A stretch of 64,000 nt of DNA. Source: Tubulanus polymorphus. Its lineage: Eukaryota > Animalia > Nemertea. The first letter of the stretch is position 1. Each line of letters opens with the position of its first letter. Shown here one piece after another: positions 34,101-45,907 of this stretch. The position numbers and the translations under genes are program-made. The notes under the pieces are model-generated. The model saw only the letters and a program-made list of their open reading frames with translations, made no database searches and had not been told where the DNA came from. Where the stretch lies: positions 8,969,859 through 9,033,858 of the forward strand of contig NC_134036.1 of assembly GCF_964204645.1 (NCBI RefSeq), in the 5' to 3' direction.

Positions 34101-36389
34101 TACGGCGAAGATTTTCGTACAGGATCTTTGGCGACAAAAATACGCTTTGGATGAACCAATACGCGACGACATGTTAAAAACATGGTTCCGCATTCAAAAC
34201 GAATTGAAAGAGGTCCACGGGTTTGGTGACGCGAGTCAATCAGCCTATGGAGCAGTCATCTACATACGCCGAGAATCGTACTGCCTTTGTGATGTCTAAA
34301 ACTCGAGTCGCGCCGGTCAAAGAACTAACGATGCCGAAATTAGAATTACTGGCTTCAGTTACAGCGGCCAGATTGATTAAATTCGTGACAGACACAATGA
34401 ACGACGCCGTCAACGTAGTGAAAACAGTCCTTTGGTCTGATAGTCAGATCGTGCTATCGTGGGTAAACAGCGATACAAAATTACCCGTATTCGTATCAAA
34501 TCGAATCTCGAACGTGAAATCGATGGGCATCGACGAATTTAGATACTGCCCCAGCAAAAGCAACCCTGCTGACCTACTGTCACGAGGGTTATCTACAAAC
34601 GACTTGCGTAATTCTCAACTGTGGTGGCACGGCCCACAGTGGTTGTGTCAGGGTGACTGGCCCATATCCGAGACACCGAATACCGAAGTCTTTAGCGTAG
34701 AAGCAGAACCGGTGAAATGCGCGCCTGAAAGACCAATTGCGATGGTCACGGGTATAGGAAATATCATAGACGTGGACAAGTACAGTTCACTTACGAGATT
34801 ATACCGGATTACCGCTCTTGTTTTGCGATTCGTTAACAACCTCAGGTCCCCGAAGGACAAACGCAAATTGGAACCGTTGTCAGCGAATGAAATTAAGAGC
34901 AGCGAAATTCATTCGATTACCTATGTTCAATCGAAATCATTTTCTAACGAATATGATCAGTTACGGGCTGACAACGAGCGAAAAGGCCAACTGGTGAGAC
35001 AGTTACGTCTATTTATCGATGGAAAAGGCTTGGTAAGGTGTGGCGGTCGACTCCACAATGCACCGATTAGCGAAAGCGCGAAATTTCCAATTCTGTTGCC
35101 AAAATTACACCATTATACGCTTTTGATTGTACGATACAATCACAATCGAATGAAACACGCTGGTATACAGTCTACCGTTACTACTCTAGGCCAAAGATAT
35201 TGGATACCACAAATCCGCTGTGTTGTGAAATCGGTACTGCGAAAGTGTGTCACGTGCCGACTGGCCAGCTGCCACCCGTATAAGGCACCTATCGTACCGC
35301 CCCTTCCAGTTTCGCGCGTTAGGGAGGGACCCGCATTTACCGTGACGGGTGTTGATTACACCGGCGAACTTTACGTCAGGACAAACGGAAACCAAACCGC
35401 TGAAACCAAACGATACGTTTGTTTATTTACGTGTGCAACTTCTCGTGCAGTTCACCTTGAGCTCGTGAAGGACAACACCGCAGCATCATTTCTACTCGCC
35501 TTTAGGCGCTTTGCCGCTCGCCGATCATTGCCGCACTACATGATGAGCGACAATGCCTCAAACTTCCAGGCGACATCAGTCGAAATACGAAAGATCGAAG
35601 AATCTCCGATGGTCAGAGCGTATCTCTCCAACAACCTCGTTCAATGGGATTTCATCACCAAACGCGCCCCCTGGTTCGGTGGTTATTGGGAGAGACTGAT
35701 AGGCATAGTAAAACTCAGTTTAAGAAAGACATTACGTAGATCTTTCGTCACCGATGACGAATTAAGAACACTATTAACCGAAGTCGAAGCGATGGTAAAC
35801 GACCGATTGTGACTTACGTATACAGCGACCTAAACGAACCGACGCCCCTCACGTCATCACACCTGCTAACTGGACGCCTCATCACTTCACTACCGCACGA
35901 AGATTACGATATCGATGAGCTGAAAGATCCGACCTATGGACTTAATAAATCTTTCATTCAGAAACGCGCACTTCACCTTTCCAATATCATCGAAAGTTTC
36001 CGCACGCGTTGGTGTGAAGAATATCTAACATCTCTAAAAGAACGTTACAAACATGGAGGCAAATGCGAAAACGAAATTAAGACGGGGACGTTGTCTTAGT
36101 CCACAACGAGAACAAACGCGTTAATTGGTCACTTGCCGTGGTAGAAAAACTGCTACCAAGTAATGACGGACTAGTACGATCAGCTTGCATAAAAACAGCA
36201 AACGGTCACAGTAGTAGACCAATAACTAAACTGTATCCGCTTGAAATCAACTGTGGCGATACTGTAATTAGCGAATCGAAATCATTGATAGACAACACAT
36301 GTACCTCGACCACATATCGGCCATCGAGGCGAGCAGCCGTTAGAGCTAAGGAAGTAATCGGAAGCTGGACGAAAATTCTGAAAACATAA
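31196..36389 (+). pseudogene. BEL/Pao gag-pol polyprotein broken by frameshifts and stops
   Basis: LPKLTLMTFDG gag motif, three Cys/His knuckles, LFDEGAQRSF protease, YLPHH..LRIVFD and YVDD RT, HGFGDAS..AYGA RNase H, GVDYTG/SDNA/WERL integrase. Confidence 0.93.
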
Positions 36390-36574
36390 TTGCATTTATC
36401 CCTTACCTTATAGTTCACATTTATATAGTTAGTTAGGATTATAATTAATTTCGTAAAACCATTCATCAATAACACAACGCAATGTAATTAAAATCAATAC
36501 TTTCTTTATGAATTTGCAACATAGGCTACGTGTACTGTACTTATATTAATTAGAATTTTTCTCGCCGCCCGGAG

Positions 36575-36780
36575 TGTGGCGATCGCCAGTAAATAGTTAG
36601 TAGAAATGGGTCATCTCTGTAGTATCCCCGCCCTGCATGTCAATCATATTAGCATGAGCATGTGCTGTCCGCGGAGTCGGACATAAACAGTTGTATTTTG
36701 CATATCAAACGAAAAGGGTCTTCTCTCATTCTTTCTCTGCATCGAACTGATTTCTCCTGTGGAACTGCAAGACCTCCACA
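36575..36780 (+). repeat. 3' LTR (206 bp)
   Basis: Direct repeat of 30953-31164, preceded by cgccgcccggag. Confidence 0.95.
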
Positions 36781-36926
36781 TATTTAAAGCACCATCATCT
36801 GGAGTTAATTTTGTTTCTGTTATTCCTAAATCATCTAAAGTTTTTTCAATTGGAACATCACCATTTTTAGATTTTATTTTCTTTTCACCCCCCATTTATA
36901 TAACAAATAAATTAGTTGTGTTGTTG

Positions 36927-37197
36927 CAACTAGAATTCAACTAGAATGTAACTAGAATTCAACTAGATTAACAAGCTAGTTGAAATATTGTTGTTTTTAT
37001 TCATTTCTTGTTGAATCTAGTTGATTTTTGTTCCAACTACCAATAACTAGAATTCAACTAGAATGTAACTAAAAATATACTAGATTAACAAGCTAGTTAA
37101 AATATTGTTAAATCTAGTTGATTTTGTTCCAACCACTAATAACTAGAATTCAACTAGAATGTAACTAAAAATATACTAGATTAACAAGCTAGTTGAA
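36927..37197. repeat. AACTAG/CTAGTT-rich intergenic repeat island (copy B)
   Basis: aactag repeated at ~10-11 bp spacing in both orientations; homologue at 59727-59991. Confidence 0.85.
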
Positions 37198-37198
37198 T

Positions 37199-37807
37199 TT
37201 AAATAAATTCATATTTAAATGGGTGTTGTAATCTAAATAGTAATTTTGATCTTTTATTATTTTTCAATTTATCCATATATTCATTATGTAAATCATGTGG
37301 AATAATATGATTTTCCTCAAGTGCATTTTTCATCGATTTCCTATCTTTATTGTAGAATAAAACTAAAAATGTAATGTTTTCTCTAAAATCTTTAACAATG
37401 GAATTATATTTTTGATTTAAAACCCAAGTTGTTATCCCAAAATGTCTGCCAGAAAAAGCTAAATAGCATAACTCACTCTCTCTAACTTTTGAATCATGTA
37501 GATTAGCACAATCATCTATAATGAATAATGTATTTGATCCTTTATGAATATCAATTGCTATTTTAATACAATTATCTAAATTTTCTTTTACTGTTTTAGG
37601 ATCTAATATAATAAATTTATTATTTCTAGTAATATTTCTATCATAAGTTTGATTAAATTCATATGTTGGACAAAATAATACTATATTATCAAAATAGTTT
37701 TTATAAACGGTTTCTAATAAATTTAACATAAAATAAGTTTTTCCACAATTTGTTACGCCAGAAATTAACATATTATGAGGCTCAAATATAAATAATTCCT
37801 TATTCAT
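37199..37807 (-). CDS. Packaging ATPase (copy B)
   Basis: Intact 202 aa; GVTNCGKT, LFIIDD, SGRH. Confidence 0.9.
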   Translation of the reverse strand: MNKELFIFEPHNMLISGVTNCGKTYFMLNLLETVYKNYFDNIVLFCPTYEFNQTYDRNITRNNKFIILDPKTVKENLDNCIKIAIDIHKGSNTLFIIDDCANLHDSKVRESELCYLAFSGRHFGITTWVLNQKYNSIVKDFRENITFLVLFYNKDRKSMKNALEENHIIPHDLHNEYMDKLKNNKRSKLLFRLQHPFKYEFI

Positions 37808-38936
37808 TTATATATTTTTAATTTTACTTGATAATATCCATTCATTGAATTTATCTGGCCATCCAACCCATTTTACTAAAGAATATTTTTTTCTTTTAAT
37901 AGTTTTTGTTTTTAATACTTTTTCAATTTTATATTCTTGTTCTAGATTTTCAGTAGTTAAACTCAATTCTTCTTCATAAAAATACCCATCAACTTCTTCA
38001 CCATCTAAATCTTCTAATTTATAGACAAATGGTTTTGTTGTTATTACCTTTTTTATTTTATATATTTTCCTAGTAAAATTTCGATCGTATCCTTTGTCAA
38101 ATATCTTTTTATACTTAGAAATTCTAACATTTTGACCAACTTTAAATTTAGGTTCACCAAAATCATCTACAAGAAATGCTCCATATAAATTATTCCAAAC
38201 AATTTCAGCATTTTCAGGTTTTCTAGCATCAATAGGTTTCATTCCAATAGAAGAATGATAAGAATTATTATATCCTTCTATCAATTTTGGTAAAACATCA
38301 ATCCATTAAAAAGTATTATTTGCTGTAAAATATTTCCAAATTCTTGTTCTTAATGTTCTATTAAATCGTTCAACAACTGCTGCTTTTTTATCCGATTTTG
38401 TTGAAAAATATTTAATATTATGATTATCTAAGAGTTCATGAACAAGTGAATTATCAAACTCTTTTCCATCCTCAAATTGTATTTTTTCTGGTTATAGTTT
38501 ATCATCCGAAAGAAATATTCTTAAAACATTTGATGTTTGTACGGCATCTTTTCTATAAAGTGTGAAGCTCCATACATAACGACTAAAAATATCAATTATA
38601 TTCAATAAACACCAATAATCATCATTATCTTTCTTAACATTTTTCATATCAATTAAATCTCCTTGCCACTGTTGATCTACATAACTTACCATAGTTTTAC
38701 GAGTTTTATATTTTCTTACAATTTTTTTATGTGTTGTATATGTTGGTTGTTCTAACATAAATTCATTTATATCTTTATATTTAACTAAATTTTGTGGGAT
38801 TATCTTATCTAATTTATCTTGTTTTACTTGACGCCATATATTTTTGGTAGAAGAATAAGCAACCGAACTCTCAGGGTTGTAATATAAATTTCTTAAATAT
38901 TGTTCTTTAGTATTAGGAGTTTTTTTTACCGCCCAT
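37808..38936 (-). pseudogene. Chromodomain integrase (copy B, disrupted)
   Basis: Colinear with 57990..59117 but split by stops and frameshifts. Confidence 0.88.
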
Positions 38937-38966
38937 TTATATATCCTTAATTTTAACTTAATATTT

Positions 38967-39886
38967 CTAATATTGAATACTATCTAATTGTGAATTTACA
39001 ATATTTAATTGTCCGTCAGATATAATATAAATATGCATTTTAAAATTTAAGCTTCCTTTTTCCTTTTTCATGAATAATTGTATTCCATCTTTAGTGTTCT
39101 GTAGTTTTTTCCCAGAACCATGTAATGAATTATCCTCTGTTGTTCTAAAATCTAACCATAATGCATATTTATTACCGGTATAATAATCAATTTGATTAAT
39201 ATTACAATTTTCAAATGATTTTACTTTTTCATTCATAAAATGTTTTCTAATTTCTGGCCATTGGTCTATCATTCTCATTCCTTGACAAAATATTTTATTT
39301 GCTATTCCTTCGATAGTTATTTCTACTTTTGTTATTTCAGGATTATAATAATTATCAACATTTATTGCGCCATTAGTATATGTTGCAATGGTAAAAAATA
39401 TTAATATACCTTTAATAGATCTTCTTGGGAAGTTAATATTCTCATTAATTATTTCATCATTTGCATTAATAGTTACAGTTTTAAATTTATCAATATAATC
39501 ATATAATAATGAAAATCCTTGATTGTATTGAGTTTGAATTGTGCTAGCAATATTTTCATTAGTTACTGTGTCATATTCTAAACATATATTTGATAATTTA
39601 TAACCCATATCTTTAACAACGCTAGATAATACAATTTCATTTACAGGAGCAAATGTTATCTCAAATATAATATCTTCTTGAATTACATATTTATATAAAG
39701 GTGCATTGTTATTTATCAATTCAAAGTCTAATGGAATTTTATATTTGCTTCCATAAATCTTTTTTATCAAATTATCTACAGCATTAGTTACTACTGCATT
39801 ATTGGCTTCAGATCTTAATTTATTATGGTTTTCTGATTGGATGCCTTGAAATATCATATTATTTCTATTTTCTTTAGTTAACCATA
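38967..39886 (-). pseudogene. Major capsid protein, 3' part (copy B)
   Basis: LWLTKENRNN...LDSIQY; the 5' part is at 50417..50761. Confidence 0.88.
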
Positions 39887-42800
39887 AACACATTATTATT
39901 CGAAAATGGAATTATTAAATTCATGGAATCAATTGTAAAGCTGAAAAAAGAAAACGGTTATGCTTCGGTCAAATGAATGATAGATAATTTGTTACCTAGC
40001 ACTGCGGGTTTGCATAGAACGTGTGTTTTAGCTGTTAGCACTGACCGAGGCTACAATATTGTAACCTAGGTCGGTTCACTGCACAACTTTTTTTGTAAAC
40101 ACTGACCGAGGCTACAATATTGTAGCCTAGGTCGGTTCACTGCATGACCTTTGCTTGCGATTACTGGCCCAACCCCAGTCGGTTATTTTTACAGTATTTG
40201 AAGTACTGGCCAATTGGATGTTACCATAAATAAACAGTATTTTGAAGATGTGGTGACAGAGAGAATCTGTTTTTATTTCGTCTTGAGAAGGTCCTACTGT
40301 TCGCTATTCTGTGTCAAAGTATGAATTGAAATATAAAGGGTGGAGTTAGTTTCCTTTCCCGATACTGTATTTATGCTTTTAATCATGAAGGATAATTATG
40401 TTATAGCAATTATAGTGATAACCTACGACAGTTTCAAATTCACGTACTAGAAAACGACAATTATCTTTAGATTCCAAATTTCATTTGGAAAGCGGCGTTT
40501 ATGCGCACAATTCCTAAAATGTCAGAATTCCGAAAACTAGGGAATCACACGGTTAGAATGTTAACTAAATAAGTTTCGTCCGAGCAAATGATTACTATAA
40601 GAAACTAACGGCGAAACTTCACGGGTTGGTGCGGTTTGTGCGCTGCATGAACGGGTTTTTGGAATCAAATGTAAAATACCGGCCGTGTACATGTTCGGAT
40701 TTGTACCGATACATTGAGTTTAGTTCAATTTTTTTATCATTATAGTTTAGGAGCTCTGTGTGACGTCACTGAGCGCGCTGATCAAAAATAGTCTGCACAC
40801 TGTGAGCATCACATGTTGCTTGGTTTTAAAGGACAGTGTGCTAAAAATTCTCTTCCTGATAGAGGAATGTATAATCGCACTGATATAGCTGTCTTGCTAG
40901 CTTGAAGGGTGTTTGAAGTTCGCATCATTCGAGGTCAATGATGGCGCAAAACAATTTAAATTGAGTCCAGTTTGGAGAATATTCCCTTACTTTAGGGTGA
41001 TTTAGTATTTTATGAATCAAGAAATTATTTACAATGAACTTATTTTCCGCTAGCAGCAAAACAACACACTGTTATCTGAACTGTCAATCATTACGTCGTG
41101 TCTATTTTAACAAGTAGATATAGACTGAAAAGGATGCGTGGTTCCCACGCGAGAACCAAACAAGACGGTTGTTAGTGGACGTACTCATGTTGGATGGTCA
41201 ACAACGGTTTAAATAATTTATAAAAACAGATGTAAGCAGTTGTAAACTTGTGAACAGAGGAAATATCAACATATATACACAATTGTGTCTAACTTTCTCC
41301 TGTCTGGTTTTATGTTAAATATATATTTTGTTTGAATCAATATTCAATTATCGATCCAGAAGAGCAATGCGGCCAACAACATTTTATTTTGAGTTTGAAA
41401 AAATGACCTGTTGACTCGGTAAGAAGGCTCGATTTACCGGGTGCGCACTACTATGTTTTAAATGGCTATCAAAACGGAGTCGAACCAAGAACAGCAATTA
41501 AGCTTGATGTCTCGTTTCCCTCACAAATGACATATATCAGAATCAGTTTTCTCAAAATCTGTTTCTTATCGAAGTCCTTGATTCGTGCTTGAATATGTAC
41601 ATAAGATTTTACAAATGAACGCAAAGATATAACAAGAATTGAAGTCTTGGTTATTCGGTGACAAGTCGAATCGTTTGGAACTAAGAAAAATCCCCAGACT
41701 TAGAAAAGTTTGACTTAAGTTGAATTTCCGAAAAGTACGACTACTAATTGTTTTTTGTTATCGGAAATTAAATCAACATCCTCTACATCTAATGTATCTA
41801 TTGATACGAAACGGTTTTAGGACCGTAGATTGATTGAAAGTTACGGAGAGGGAGGGATAGCTCTATCGCATTAAAACATTATTGCTCAGTTATACATTAT
41901 ACATAGTTAGGCATTCATCCATTTAGCTTAAACAACAAACACACTTCTGCGCAGAAAAATACCAAGGCTATATATGCTTAATCATGTATTTTATTGATAC
42001 AGACAATAAAATCGCTGTCCGCGTTTTGTCCCCTTGGTTAAGTCACGTTTGTTATCTAATACAAATTAATAATGGTCAGCAGAATTTAAGGGCTTTCACC
42101 GTTGAGTAGTAGCCTATCTGTCATGAGGCCTGATCATGCACATGTGTTATATTAGAAATACAATATAGCTTTTCAATTTTTTAGGCGAAACGTTGTTTTA
42201 AAAATATTCGCCGCGTCTTGATTTTCTTGAGGGATTTCTCTTGATTGTTAAAACAATATCAAATCATCCTGTCTCAAAAAGTATGAAACCTAGAAATATG
42301 TAGCCATTTTGGAATTGGATGAAATTTTCAAATTCAAAATTCAAATTCAAAGCCATTCGACCCTGTTATCAAACATATCAGTGTTCTTTAAAACACTTGT
42401 TAAATATCGGAGGATTTTTAAGCCGAGCTTCAAACATTTCGATTCCTGAACTAAAATGATTATGTGACATGTAATTATCCAAGACTATGAATATGTTTTA
42501 GGTGACCGTTTAAGGTGTTCCTTTTATTCGGGAAGGATTTGTTTCAATCTCAATTTTAAGATATCAACAGATCACTATGAAAAGTAACGCTATCGAGTGA
42601 TCGCTGGCAGATTTAGCAGTTAAAATCGCCACACGTGTTAAATGTTTGCATTGATACAGGCGATTAGAGGGACACATGGCATCCACTGCATATAAAACAG
42701 TAGATAGATTTCTGGAGATTTAAAGTTTGGATGCTCTGATGAACTCTATCAGCTGTTGGTTGGTTAAAGCATAGCAGTGCTAAATTTCTATGGTTATAGT

Positions 42801-43149
42801 ACATTGCAGGTGACCCAAATGATTCGCCTGCTGCCTGCATATTATAAACCTGGTACCTACGAGCATGGACTCTTTTAGATGGATGCCTGGACGTTATAGT
42901 ACAGTGTTCATGACTATAGAACCGGGTGACCCGAATTCCCCACCTGCCTGAAAATCTCATAGCGGAGGTAACGCGTATATCTTTGCTGCACACCGATCTC
43001 CTTGAAAGGTCAAAATGCTATTTTTGTGAAGAAGTACACGGGCCTCTCCATCTGATACTTTTAACACAGGGTACATAAATATTTAACGCTTAATACTTTT
43101 AAACAAGATTTCTTCAGAATAAAAACTACGTCCAAATATCTGGCTAAAG

Positions 43150-44560
43150 TACAGTACCCGCTCTAGGTACTTATTCTGATTCTCACATTCGGCACAATAT
43201 GGATCTTTTAGACTAACTAAAAAATCTCAGACCTAATAACCAAAAATTTATATGTTTCGACGCTATATCGATCCTTGTTCACAAATATACCATTGGAACC
43301 AACTCTCAATTTATTAAGGAGAAACCTCCCGGACTCCAATCTTGATCTCCCGGTTCCTGTAGATTGCTTACTTGAACTTTTGGAGCTCTGTACAACCAAT
43401 CTATACTTCCAATCCCAAGACAAAATCTATGAACAAATTTTCGGTTTCGCTATGGGCAACCCATTATCCCCCATTTTGGCTAATCTTTTCCTTGAACATT
43501 TTGAATGCGAAATTCTTCCGAAATTACGCTGGCTCTAAACCTAACTTTTGGATTTGATGTGTTGATGTTTCTGTGCTTTAGTTTCTGATGATTTTGATCT
43601 TAACTCTTTTATTGACTTCATTCATCAACTCTCAATATCCATCTTTGAAATTCACATTTGAATGGGAACAAAATGACCAAATCCCGTTTTTAGATGTTCT
43701 AATTCACAATAAATACTCTCATTTGTTTTTTTCAAGGCCTCTTTCTCCGTGCACTACGGATTTGCGATGAAACCTTCCTTTCGGCTGAATTTGACCACAT
43801 ATCCAACTCTCTTAAAAAATTGGCTTACCCTGATCACATTTTGAAAATCGCTATTTCTAAGGCTAAACGTACTTTCTTTAATTCTAAACCTCCAGAAAAT
43901 AAAAAAAAACACATTTCAGAATTCATTGTAGTTCCGTATGTACCTGTTTTGGAAAAGTTTCGTCACTCTCTCCCTTTATTGGATAGACAAATCATTTTCA
44001 CGTATGAAAACAAAATTAACAAGACTTTGGTAAAAAACAATCAATCTAAACCTTTGGACTGGGAGTTTACAAAATTCCTCGTTTTGGCTGTGATAAAATG
44101 TACTTTGGAGAAACTGGTCGTGATTTAAAAACTCGAATTTCGGAACACAAAAAGGATATAATAAATCAAAAACCGGCTAGTGGTGTAGCCAATCATGTTT
44201 GGAACACTGGTCATCGTTTTAATTTTGATAAAGCCGAAATTATTTATACTTCCAGCAATTACACTAAACGCCACACAGTTGAGTCTGTCCTAATTACTCG
44301 TCACTCAGATAGTACCAATTTAAATAGTGGCTTTTCTCCTCTAATTCCCTTCTTTCTAAGTATATTACTTCATGCCTTGCCAAACACTAATTAGTTACTC
44401 ACTCACCAATTTACTCAATTAACCTGTTCTCCTCTTTATATATACCCTTGTTTTTAGTCAATATCTCACCTGACGATGGTCTCTAGTGTGAGATCGAAAC
44501 GCCATGTTCTTACATTTTAGATTATTTCAATAAATAATTCTCGATTTTAGATTTCTTTTA
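43150..44560 (+). mobile_element. Penelope-like retroelement relic (RT + GIY-YIG endonuclease)
   Basis: LFTNIP, YEQIFGFAMGNPLSPILANLFLE, IPFLDVLI, YFGETGRDLKTRISEH; multiple frameshifts. Confidence 0.88.
44462..44512 (+). ncRNA. Hammerhead-ribozyme-like core at the Penelope 3' end
   Basis: CTGACGA-T-ggtctc-tagtgt-gagatc-GAAAC; stems I and III do not pair convincingly by eye. Confidence 0.55.
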
Positions 44561-44864
44561 ATATTTAAATAGTGGGTTTTATCTTTCATCTGATAATATC
44601 ATCATTTTTTATGCATGTTGCTTGCTAAAAATCACGAATTATGTCATCTTATATGTAGGTACGCAGCTTAGTAAAAGTCACAGATTATTCAAGATGAATA
44701 TTGGGAAAGACAACACGGAAAATTTGAAATTTTTGAAACGATTTAAGCTTTTCAAAATCAGAATATTGAAGTATTTCATTAAATGTTGCTGTTAGCAAGG
44801 GGGACATTTACCTAGAGGAGATTTTTACCGGGGGATATTTACAGGGGTATTTTTCCGAAAATAA

Positions 44865-45907
44865 CTCAGCTAGCACACAACGTTCATACAACATTCGGAA
44901 ACGTTCGTGAAAGTTGTGTGATAGTTTATAATGTAACGTTCAGGCGATAACGTTTTCTGAAGGTTTTTCTAAACGTTATCATCCAAGAGCCTGCAGCAAA
45001 TTATTAGTTAAGTCAGATATCATCAATATAGTCCGTTTTAAGCAAATCCCGACGTGGATTCCTACATTTTAATACCATTTGAAAGCAAGATTCAAACTTT
45101 CGGGAGTAAAGAAAAATATGGGATTCGAAACCGATGGATATCGTGACATATCAAAGCAGGAAGTGTTCGCCATTGTTCATCAATCAGCTTTAAGCGGCGT
45201 GTTTAAGGGATTTAAAAATCGTTTATTTACTAAGGTACGTTATTCAATCCACAAATTTTGATACTTTCAATGTATGGAAAATTACTGATAGAATGTTTTT
45301 GAAACAATCTTTTGTGTAGAAACCCACGTGAGAGACCTTTTCGTCGGGTTTTATATCAATGAAATGACCTAACTGTTGTTCTCCAATAACAAGCATAACA
45401 ATCCCTGTATGTATGGATGAAATGAACTTCAAGGCTTAACACAACCATGAAAATAAACGTTTCTGTATCATTTCCTTTTTATTTTAGGAATCACAAAGGC
45501 TGCCAGCTACGCTGTAACGACGACGACTGGTGCACTGGAGAACTAACTTACGAGTGAATAATTTCGATATTATACATGTATATATACGTAGTTACAAAAT
45601 AAAAGTTAGGTAAAATAATTCAAATATTAGTTAGTTGAAAGGGATTTATTCGAGCTCGTGAAAGAGGACATCATGGTTATAATGTAACGTCATACGAACG
45701 TTATTGGAACGTTTTTATCAAGCTCAATGGTTGCAGAGAGGTTGTGAAGTAACGTTCAGTCAACGTTATCAAAAACGTTCTGTGAACCTTAAAATACATT
45801 TACAAAAAAACGTTCTACAAACGTTGCACGAACGTTCAACATTAACGTTAAAACGTTAGTGAAAAACTTTTAGAAAACGTTCTTTGAACGTTTTTTTGTT
45901 AGCTGGG
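44865..45907. mobile_element. CMC/EnSpm-like MITE with AACGTT-rich subterminal repeats
   Basis: ctcagctagcacacaacgttc versus gaacgtttttttgttagctggg; AA on both flanks; many aacgtt palindromes near both ends. Confidence 0.7.

Larger units (their letters stand above)
30953..36780 (+). mobile_element. Full-length but decayed BEL/Pao LTR retrotransposon
   Basis: TG..CA LTRs at both ends; 5-bp TSD tattt at 30948-30952 and 36781-36785; the empty site is visible in copy C (~60125-60145). Confidence 0.96.
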
